Shown here: piece by piece, positions 1-8,579 of the stretch
Numbering within the stretch: position 1 is the first letter of the stretch
Layout of the letters: every line of letters begins with the position of its first letter
Assembly (NCBI RefSeq): GCF_000981445.1
Contig: NW_012237284.1
Coordinates: 1 to 38,715, forward strand
Origin: Babesia bigemina
Taxonomy: Eukaryota
DNA length: 38,715 nucleotides
Direction: 5' to 3'
Notes under the pieces: generated by a model
The model's input: only the letters and a program-made list of their open reading frames with translations
The model's database searches: none
What the model was told of the DNA's origin: nothing
Translations under genes and position numbers: made by a program

Positions 1-2171
1 CTCACTAGGTCAGCGCGTAGGTCACTCACTACGTCACTCACTAGGTCAGGGCCTAGGTCACTCACTAGGTCAGCGCGTAGGTCATCGTTAGGTCACTCAC
101 TAGGTTATGGCCTAGGTCACTCACTAGGTCAGGGCCTAGGTCACTCACTAGGTCAGGGCCTAGGTCACTCACTAGGTCAGCGCGTAGGTCACTCACTAGG
201 TCAGGGCCTAGGTCACTCACTAGGTCAGCGGCTAGGTCACTCACTAGGTCAGGGCCTAGGTCACTCACTAGGTCAGCGGCTAGGTCACTCACTAGGTCAG
301 CGGCTAGGTCACTCACTAGGTCACTCACTAGGTCAGGGCCTAGGTCACTCACTAGGTCAGCGGCTAGGTCACTCACTAGGTCAGGGCCTAGGTCACTCAC
401 TAGGTCAGGGCCTAGGTCACTCACTAGGTCAGGGCCTAGGTCACTCACTAGGTCAGCGCGTAGGTCATCGTTAGGTCACTCACTAGGTTATGGCCTAGGT
501 CACTCACTAGGTCACGCACTAGGTCATCGTTAGGTCACTCACTAGGTCACTCACTACGTCACTCACTAGGTCAGGGCCTAGGTCACTCACTAGGTCAGCG
601 GCTAGGTCACTCACTAGGTCAGCGCGTAGGTCACTCACTACGTCACTCACTAGGTCAGGGCCTAGGTCACTCACTAGGTCAGCGCGTAGGTCACTCACTA
701 GGTCATCGTTAGGTCACTCACTAGGTCACGCACTAGGTCATCGTTAGGTCACTCACTAGGTCATCGTTAGGTCACTCACTAGGTCACGCACTAGGTCAGG
801 GCCTAGGTCACTCACTAGGTCAGGGCCTAGGTCACTCACTAGGTCAGGGCCTAGGTCACTCACTAGGTCAGGGCCTAGGTCACTCACTAGGTCAGGGCCT
901 AGGTCACTCACTAGGTCAGCGCGTAGGTCATCGTTAGGTCACTCACTAGGTTATGGCCTAGGTCACTCACTAGGTCAGCGCGTAGGTCACTCACTAGGTC
1001 ATCGTTAGGTCACTCACTAGGTCAGGGCCTAGGTCACGCACTAGGTCATCGTTGGGTCACTCACTAGGTCAGGGCCTAGGTCACTCACTACGTCACTCAC
1101 TAGGTCAGGGCCTAGGTCACTCACTAGGTCAGGGCCTAGGTCACTCACTAGGTCAGCGCGTAGGTCACTCACTACGTCACTCACTAGGTCAGGGCCTAGG
1201 TCACTCACTAGGTCAGCGCGTAGGTCACTCACTAGGTCAGCGCGTAGGTCACTCACTACGTCATCGTTAGGTCACTCACTAGGTCATCGTTAGGTCACTC
1301 ACTAGGTTATGGCCTAGGTCACTCACTAGGTCACGCACTAGGTCATCGTTAGGTCACTCACTAGGTCAGCGGCTAGGTCACTCACTACGTCACTCACTAG
1401 GTCAGGGCCTAGGTCACTCACTAGGTTATGGCCTAGGTCACTCACTAGGTCAGGGCCTAGGTCACTCACTAGGTCAGGGCCTAGGTCACTCACTAGGTCA
1501 GCGCGTAGGTCACTCACTAGGTCAGGGCCTAGGTCACTCACTAGGTCAGCGGCTAGGTCACTCACTAGGTCACTCACTAGGTCAGCGCGTAGGTCACTCA
1601 CTAGGTCACTCACTAGGTCAGGGCCTAGGTCACTCACTAGGTCAGCGGCTAGGTCACTCACTAGGTCATCGTTAGGTCACTCACTAGGTCACGCACTAGG
1701 TCATCGTTAGGTCACTCACTAGGTCAGCGGCTAGGTCACTCACTAGGTCAGGGCCTAGGTCACTCACTAGGTCACTCACTAGGTCAGGGCCTAGGTCACT
1801 CACTAGGTCAGGGCCTAGGTCACTCACTAGGTCAGCGCGTAGGTCATCGTTAGGTCACTCACTAGGTTATGGCCTAGGTCACTCACTAGGTCACGCACTA
1901 GGTCATCGTTAGGTCACTCACTAGGTCAGCGGCTAGGTCACTCACTACGTCACTCACTAGGTCAGCGCGTAGGTCACTCACTAGGTCATCGTTAGGTCAC
2001 TCACTAGGTCACGCACTAGGTCATCGTTAGGTCACTCACTAGGTCATCGTTAGGTCACTCACTAGGTCACTCACTAGGTCAGCGCGTAGGTCACTCACTA
2101 GGTCAGCGGCTAGGTCACTCACTAGGTCAGGGCCTAGGTCACTCACTAGGTCAGCGGCTAGGTCACTCACT
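1..2171. repeat. 12-bp-unit satellite (probably subtelomeric): constant GTCACTCACTAG interleaved with a small set of variant units
   Basis: About 180 units. Variants: GTCAGGGCCTAG, GTCAGCGCGTAG, GTCAGCGGCTAG, GTTATGGCCTAG, GTCACGCACTAG, GTCACTCACTAC and the 11-bp GTCATCGTTAG. It ends abruptly near 2171 and runs off the window start. Confidence 0.95.
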
Positions 2172-2327
2172 TGAACAGATTGTTCGTAAGTGCCATGGGT
2201 ATACATGAGAGCACAGTGGAAGTGACACTGAAACCACCATTAACAACTAGTCGACAACACAATACGAATAACAGTAAAACACTTCAAATCACAGAACGTA
2301 CAATGTACTACGTAACTGCGATAATTA

Positions 2328-5300
2328 CTACTTTAAGTTGAGTAGCTCGTTGGGGTCGTCGTCGAAGTAATTGGCGTCGTACAGGGACATCATCTTCTTA
2401 TTGTCGGAGAGCAGCGCCTTGACGTCGATGAGATGGGAGGCCTTGGTGCGGATAAGATGTGACCTGATGTGGAGTATGTCGATGCGGTACAGCATCGTGT
2501 TGGCGAAGATGAGTAATGCTGTGGACCACAGTGCGACGAGCGTGAAGATGAATGGCTCTCGGATGTTGTAGAGGAAATTGTCCATGGCAGTCATGAGTGA
2601 TGCGATAGGCTTGCCGTTGACAATTTCCTTCAGCTTTGCGATAATCTGTTGACATGTGAGTGGCAACTGCGATCCCACCTCCGGCGGCGTGAACCCGTGA
2701 GTGTAGAGGAGGGGCAGCGCAACGGGACATGAGTGGAGGGATTTGCCATCGAAGCAATTATGCTTCTTTAGATCATAGTACATTTTTTCAAGTGACTCCC
2801 ACAGTCTGTCCGGCAGGTACACCGTCCAGCTGAGGTAGGTGTGGGCGAAGCTCTGGGAGTACAGGGCGTAGGCCCGGTAGGTGATGGGAGACATACGTGG
2901 ATGGCAGCTGTCAGGGTCACTACCGCAGCCAACCAGTGTGGACAGGGTACGGGGATGTGCATTGTCGTGGTTGTGATTGGAGACGGAGTTGAGAGACTCT
3001 GTACCTCGGACGCCACTGACAGCTTGGAGGTCGTGGCGACCAAGATGGTCCCAGTCAGGGCAGTCGAGATGCGGAGTGCGGAGTGAGTTTCCTAGTGGAG
3101 ACAATGACTTTGAAGCATACCCGTGCATCTCATTCCCGAAATTGTGGAAGAACGACACAAGCTCCCCGGTGGTGCGCGGCGTCCGCCTGGTGAGGCAGTT
3201 GAGGTAGGAGCACAGTGTCAGCAAGGGGTCCTCACCGCCGCAGCTGGGAGTGAGGATAGTGGAAAGGGTGTTGCCTGTTTGTTGACTACTCGGTAAGTCT
3301 TCATCCCTAAATCCCATCCTGACGCGGCTCTTGAGGCACAGGTTGCACGGGTCGAAGAGGTGCGTCTCGAAGGTGGAGTCCCAGCCGTCGGTCAGGAACG
3401 CCTGGAGGGGGGAGTTAGAAGCAGTGATGTCACTGCCGTAGTTACAATTCTGCCAACCACCATACGTGGAGTTTCTATTACACTGCGCCTTGAGGAACTG
3501 AAACTGGTGGTGGCAGGCGTATGCGTAGTCACGCAGCTGGCAGAGGAGGGCGCAGCAATCAGGCTCGTCGGATTGGGTAGAGGACATAGGCTTCACAGCT
3601 CTTGATGACAGACTTGCTATCCAGTTAGGTGCGATGGATGTGAGCACTGAACCTGCAAACATGGCGGTAAGCTGGAGTATGTCGAAGACATCTGTGGGTC
3701 TGACTTTGGTGTGGTTGATGAATAGCGCAAGGTGTGAAGGTTCATGATGTAAGCCACTAAAGGCCTTGTTAAAACATTCTGTGAGAGTGCTATGATGCTT
3801 TGGGTGCCTAAGTCCAGCTAGCCACTGAAGCATCTCCCGTACGGTGCGCGGCGCCTCGGAGGGGAACAGCTCCGTCTCGGGGATATCGGTGGAGCCAGGA
3901 GTGGGTGTCTGGGTTGTCCAGGGAGCGAGGCATAGTGTAATGTCAGGATGTTTGATGGTTTTTTTATCGAAGTCTTCGGGTGGCTTAAGTTTTGGATCAA
4001 CTACTGGTGGGAAGGTGAGATTGATGGCGGGAGTAGCTGAGTACACTGGTTCAATCGGTTTGATGTTTGGGGGAGGTGGAGGGTCGTATCCCAGGTCTAT
4101 GTCATATGAAGAGTCTTGTAGCGTACGGTCGGGGACTTGGATTTGAAGATCTAAATAATTGGGATCGTCTTGTTTTCTGGGAGTGCCACGTTGTGCGTTC
4201 TCAATCAAAACTCCAGGTACTATAGGATCTAAACGCCTAGAGAACAGTGGGTCGTCTCGTTGGAAGTCGAAGGCTAAATGCGTAGGCCTAAAACCAGAGT
4301 TTGATGGATCATCCAAATTGCTAGACATTCTATCTGGAATTTCAATAGTCATTTGCGGCGTTGTGCGGTTCAGACTATGCTGAACAATGTTAGGATCGGG
4401 ACGTTCTGAAATCGTTCGGCTATGTGGTGGGACATAGATATCGAGAGTGTCGACTGTGTCAGTGTATGCAGGTTTTAGTTGATGAGTAATGTGGACATCA
4501 CCGCCTCTGAAAAGGTCTTTATATAACGTCTTCTGAGATATGGCTCTTACAGTTGCTTCTAGGTTATCCTGTTTTTTTCTAGCATCTTTGAATCGCTTAT
4601 TAAGTTCATGTTTACTGTCAGCGAACATCTTTTCATAGGCTGGGTTATTTCTAGAAGTATCATTGATTACGCTGCCGTGGGAAGCAAATGGCTCTCGCGT
4701 CAAAAAAGGTTTATACTCTCTATTCTGTATAACGGAGCCATGCAGAGTATTTCCTTGCATATATTTTTGAAACAGCTTTTGTTCTGAGTCATCTGGCTGC
4801 GAGTCATTGGTGTCTGCGTCACTTTTCACCACTATCCCATCCAAGGGAAACGAATGTGGAAGTACACTACCTGACGTAAACATTGCATGGTCATTTGACT
4901 TTGCCAGCTGATCTTGAATGTCTTCCTGCATCATTTTCAGAAAGCGGATTTTCTGCTCTTCTTGCCATTTTGCCTTCGCTGCCACCTGTTTTTCGAATAC
5001 ACCGTCAGAGCCGTCGTCATAAACATGACCGTCCACTTTACTGCCAAATTTAAAATTGGGCAATACAGGCTTATTAATATCACGAACCGCATTTCCGACA
5101 AATCCTAACGGAATTTCTTCGTCTACATGCTCCATATTTGGCATAGCATATGTGTTAATTGCTGCACCGTCTAGGCCTAACACTTCGTAGTCATCAGAAG
5201 ATGACACTGCTGTATTTCCATGGCTAATAATTGCTTCATGCCCATCAACGTTAAAAATGGCGGGCTTAACTTCAGCGATAGTCTTGCGGTTCTCTGCAAT

Positions 5301-7787
5301 ATCATTTCCGTCGACATAGATTATCTCCTCGTCACCACCAGACACATCGGTCCCCTCAACGTCCATATCCACCACACCCTTAATATCGACAATCATCTCG
5401 TCCTTATCAACCACTTCCTCCATAACGTCCTCTAATAGTCCCCTTTGCATAGCTTCCCTTAACCTATTTTCCTCTCGCTTCGCTTCCAAATCCCACAATT
5501 TTTTTTGCTCCTCTACTGCCTTTTGTTTTCGTTCTTTCTCACGTCGTTTGTAGGACTGATCCTCTATGGCGTCGCCGCCGAGAATAATATAATCTCCCTG
5601 CCCTCTATCCCTTCCCCTTAGTTCGTAGTAATCACGCTCATGAGCATTATGTTCACCGGTAGACTGAAGGGAGCGTCTGGAAGTGGAATGGCTGGAACGG
5701 CTTTTCGAAGTGAGGGAATCAATACGTGAATTTCGTTTTGAATGTATTTCTCGTAAATCTTTATACTCCGTTTCCAGCATTCCTTGTCTTTGAGCATCTA
5801 AAACTTTATCTTCATCTTGAAAGTTTGGTTTTTCAACACAGAATTTCATGCTGCCAAAGTTAAAAGAAGATTTACCCGGAGGACAGGCAGCAACGCTCGC
5901 CTTTGGTCCACTCCCCCCAGCTCCACCAGCGCCTGAACCTAAATCCGAGCCAGTGTATGCCGTAGTAGCATCGGTCGTAGGATCTTGCGATGTACTTTGA
6001 CCGCTTCCTTGAACAGGCGCAGAAGAACCCGTCTGGCCATCCTGCCCCTGACCACCACTGGAACCAGAGGCACCAGATGACCCAGAGTCCGCACTTGGAA
6101 CACTTGAAGGCTGACTTTGTACTGCCTTTGCAACTGGTGAACTAGAAGTATTTCCCACACTGTGACCATTTCCTTGGTTCTGTGCTCCCTCCACTTTCTT
6201 GCCCTGGTTCTGTGCTCCCTCCACTTTCTTGCCCTGGTTCTGTGCTCCCTCCGCTTTCTTGCCCTGGTTCTGCGCTCCCTCCGCTTTCTTGCCCTGGTTC
6301 TGCGCTCCCTCAGCTTTCTTGCCCTGGTTTGGAGTTGCGTCGCCTTTGGTGACCACAGGCTTCGCGGCCTCGGTTTTGGGCGCTTCGCTTTTGGTTTCAG
6401 GTAATTCCTCATCGGATTCTTCATTCATCAATTCTTCATCAGAATCAGGCTCAGAGTCAAGATAATACTCATCCTCATCCGCAGGCTCAGGCTCAGGCTC
6501 AATCTCAGGCCCAGGCCGAGGCTCTGGCGTAGGCTTAGGCTTCTTCTCAGGCTTCTCATCCTTGTGTCTACTCGCACACTGGTTGCCGTTCAAAATTCTC
6601 ACGAGTCCGTCCAAACCGTCATTCGTTTTCTTGAGCTCATGGATTGCACCATTCCAACTGTCAAACAAATCTTTATAGGGGGTAGTCTCCACTTTATAAT
6701 TGTTATGATATAATGTGAATCCGTAGCGTATGAAGTTATTTGTAAAATATGCCATAAAAGCTTCGGGATATCCCCCAGACAGGGTGTTACCTTTCCGTAT
6801 GTGTTTACCACTCAGCGGATATTTTTTCGTACTGTCAAAGGGTTCGATTGACTTCAATTGTTCCATCACATCACTTAAATGTGTTTTGAACCACTTGGCC
6901 ATTTTCTTGGCAATGTTTTCCGTGGAAAGATATTGAGGTTCGCGCGCATACCCGGTGAAAGAGAATCGGTTTCCGTTGAATATTTTTTCAAGGGACTTTT
7001 TTAGTTTGCTGCAATGTTGTTGTAAGTCTCGCCAAGCAATGCAATGATGCCTGGCTTGTAAATTATTTTTGAAATCGTCCTCATCCCTAACTTTTTCGAA
7101 AATCCCACAAAAGTCTTGCACCAACCGAAGAGCGTTCGCAACATTGGACATATCAGCGCCATGCTTACCAAACACCGAAGTGACGAATACATCGAGAAAT
7201 ACGTTGAATCCACGACCATGTTTTTCTGAAATATCTATAAGGTCAGGCATCATTTTACTACCAGGGGAATAACCACTCCTATGACCCATATTCAGCTCAC
7301 GTGGCGCAAATCCTCCAGGGATTACACCGTAACCATTCGTTTGTGTTGCAATTAGATATTTATCAATCTGACTGCCATAATATACTGATCGTGCGACCAA
7401 TCCAACCTGGTTTTCGGCCCATCCCCCACCACCAAGTGCTTTGAAATTAGCGTCAACTTTGTAGCGCAGGAAATATATAGCGGAAAGCAATCTGGGAATA
7501 CATGCTAACAGAGCGTAGAGTACATCCCTAGGGCTTTTATTACCAAGGTAATGACCGCGAGCATTTTTGCATAATTTCGTATGAAACTTGGATACTCCGC
7601 TAAGGAATATGGAAAGTGCTCTTTCAATTTCACTTTGAGTAAAACCTTTATATCTGTTTTTAAGCAGCCTTTTCAGTCGATTGGCAACGCTGCTTTGCAT
7701 ACCCGTCTTGTCATCTTTCAACCAATAAAGAAATTCCATACACTCCTTAAGGGTATTGAAAGCAGGAATCGTACCTTTCGCCGCCAT
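2328..7787 (-). CDS. Large Babesia VESA-related variant antigen ('ribosome-binding protein 1'-type), 1819 aa, C-terminal TM
   Basis: Uninterrupted ORF. N-terminal 'TLKECMEFLYWL'. C-terminal Cys-rich domain with 'APRTVREMLQWLAGL', 'SPLQAFLTD', 'PRTTGELVSFF', 'YLSWTVYL', then a TM and the tail 'DILHIRSHLIRTKASHLIDVKALL', typical of Babesia ves-like families. Motifs are shared with the other large ORFs here. Confidence 0.88.
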   Translation of the reverse strand: MAAKGTIPAFNTLKECMEFLYWLKDDKTGMQSSVANRLKRLLKNRYKGFTQSEIERALSIFLSGVSKFHTKLCKNARGHYLGNKSPRDVLYALLACIPRLLSAIYFLRYKVDANFKALGGGGWAENQVGLVARSVYYGSQIDKYLIATQTNGYGVIPGGFAPRELNMGHRSGYSPGSKMMPDLIDISEKHGRGFNVFLDVFVTSVFGKHGADMSNVANALRLVQDFCGIFEKVRDEDDFKNNLQARHHCIAWRDLQQHCSKLKKSLEKIFNGNRFSFTGYAREPQYLSTENIAKKMAKWFKTHLSDVMEQLKSIEPFDSTKKYPLSGKHIRKGNTLSGGYPEAFMAYFTNNFIRYGFTLYHNNYKVETTPYKDLFDSWNGAIHELKKTNDGLDGLVRILNGNQCASRHKDEKPEKKPKPTPEPRPGPEIEPEPEPADEDEYYLDSEPDSDEELMNEESDEELPETKSEAPKTEAAKPVVTKGDATPNQGKKAEGAQNQGKKAEGAQNQGKKAEGAQNQGKKVEGAQNQGKKVEGAQNQGNGHSVGNTSSSPVAKAVQSQPSSVPSADSGSSGASGSSGGQGQDGQTGSSAPVQGSGQSTSQDPTTDATTAYTGSDLGSGAGGAGGSGPKASVAACPPGKSSFNFGSMKFCVEKPNFQDEDKVLDAQRQGMLETEYKDLREIHSKRNSRIDSLTSKSRSSHSTSRRSLQSTGEHNAHERDYYELRGRDRGQGDYIILGGDAIEDQSYKRREKERKQKAVEEQKKLWDLEAKREENRLREAMQRGLLEDVMEEVVDKDEMIVDIKGVVDMDVEGTDVSGGDEEIIYVDGNDIAENRKTIAEVKPAIFNVDGHEAIISHGNTAVSSSDDYEVLGLDGAAINTYAMPNMEHVDEEIPLGFVGNAVRDINKPVLPNFKFGSKVDGHVYDDGSDGVFEKQVAAKAKWQEEQKIRFLKMMQEDIQDQLAKSNDHAMFTSGSVLPHSFPLDGIVVKSDADTNDSQPDDSEQKLFQKYMQGNTLHGSVIQNREYKPFLTREPFASHGSVINDTSRNNPAYEKMFADSKHELNKRFKDARKKQDNLEATVRAISQKTLYKDLFRGGDVHITHQLKPAYTDTVDTLDIYVPPHSRTISERPDPNIVQHSLNRTTPQMTIEIPDRMSSNLDDPSNSGFRPTHLAFDFQRDDPLFSRRLDPIVPGVLIENAQRGTPRKQDDPNYLDLQIQVPDRTLQDSSYDIDLGYDPPPPPNIKPIEPVYSATPAINLTFPPVVDPKLKPPEDFDKKTIKHPDITLCLAPWTTQTPTPGSTDIPETELFPSEAPRTVREMLQWLAGLRHPKHHSTLTECFNKAFSGLHHEPSHLALFINHTKVRPTDVFDILQLTAMFAGSVLTSIAPNWIASLSSRAVKPMSSTQSDEPDCCALLCQLRDYAYACHHQFQFLKAQCNRNSTYGGWQNCNYGSDITASNSPLQAFLTDGWDSTFETHLFDPCNLCLKSRVRMGFRDEDLPSSQQTGNTLSTILTPSCGGEDPLLTLCSYLNCLTRRTPRTTGELVSFFHNFGNEMHGYASKSLSPLGNSLRTPHLDCPDWDHLGRHDLQAVSGVRGTESLNSVSNHNHDNAHPRTLSTLVGCGSDPDSCHPRMSPITYRAYALYSQSFAHTYLSWTVYLPDRLWESLEKMYYDLKKHNCFDGKSLHSCPVALPLLYTHGFTPPEVGSQLPLTCQQIIAKLKEIVNGKPIASLMTAMDNFLYNIREPFIFTLVALWSTALLIFANTMLYRIDILHIRSHLIRTKASHLIDVKALLSDNKKMMSLYDANYFDDDPNELLNLK
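6171..6345 (-). repeat. 30-bp coding tandem repeat, about 5.5 copies, encoding NQGKK(A/V)EGAQ
   Basis: Plus-strand unit TG(T/C)GCTCCCTCC(A/G)CTTTCTTGCCCTGGTTC, in frame in the 1819-aa ORF. Confidence 0.95.
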
Positions 7788-7836
7788 CGTGCCCTGTTCC
7801 AGTTACCCACTGAACCACTCTCACAAAACACCACTG

Positions 7837-7956
7837 CTAGCCTCCAGGACTATGTGAACTGGGAGACACTAGAGTGATCACCCACTAATCCACCCTTACA
7901 AATCACCACGTCTAGCCTCCAGGACTATGTGAACTGGGAAACACTGGAGTGATCAC
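7837..7956. repeat. 45-bp direct repeat (7837-7881 and 7912-7956) just upstream of the 1819-aa gene
   Basis: CTAGCCTCCAGGACTATGTGAACTGGGA(G/A)ACACT(A/G)GAGTGATCAC occurs twice with 2 mismatches, period 75 bp. Confidence 0.9.
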
Positions 7957-8579
7957 ACCTCCAGGGTGACACCTCTTAATGCAGCACGGCAGACAACTAA
8001 GTGTGCTGAGTGAAAGGGTTATGAAGTAAGACGTAGAGTGACAACAATACGCATCATATTAAAACAATGACACACCTAAACCATCATCATAAATCCATGA
8101 ACCATCACAAGAATCCTATAGACACACCACTCACCAGAGGAGGGAATGCGACAAGCCGAGGCAGCCATGCTGGAGTGAGAGCGTGGAGCATGATTGGAGA
8201 GGTGCGTTGTCAAGACAGTGTACCATACTTGAATCGTTGGGTCTTCCGTTCCGGTGTCTGGCTCGTGCTATCTCGGCGCTTGGCGTGCGTTACTGTTCAA
8301 AAGCCCGCAGATTTTCTCAGACCCGGAACGCCGCCTTGCCTCTGCGCCTCTCACGCTACATTCGCGCCGCAATCGTGGATTCCACGCTTCGATGCCGCCA
8401 GTTACACCACATCGAACGCGAATCACGCCCTGGTTCGTCCCCAGCAATATGCATGCAAACGATGTCGTTTTCTATCGCACCAATCTACAACTCATAACGC
8501 ACCACGCATCCCAACGCACTGCCAACCAAAATCCAGGTAAACGATGAATCCAAGATTAAACCCCGTCCGTAGTGAAAAC

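Noticed and set aside
65..1661. ORFs encoding (SDLGPDLV)n and (GHSLGQGL)n
   Set aside because: By-products of the 12-bp period with non-ATG starts. The 11-bp units repeatedly break the frame.
1..2171. CRISPR-like alternation of constant and variable 12-mers
   Set aside because: The units are too short, the apparent spacers recur from a tiny vocabulary, there are no cas genes, and the context is eukaryotic.
8450..8457. TGCATGCA (known ApiAP2-bound motif)
   Set aside because: A single 8-mer occurrence, not distinguishable from chance.
8067..8547. Overlapping plus-strand ORFs of 157, 104 and 97 aa
   Set aside because: No recognisable motifs, three frames are open at once, and the composition looks intergenic.
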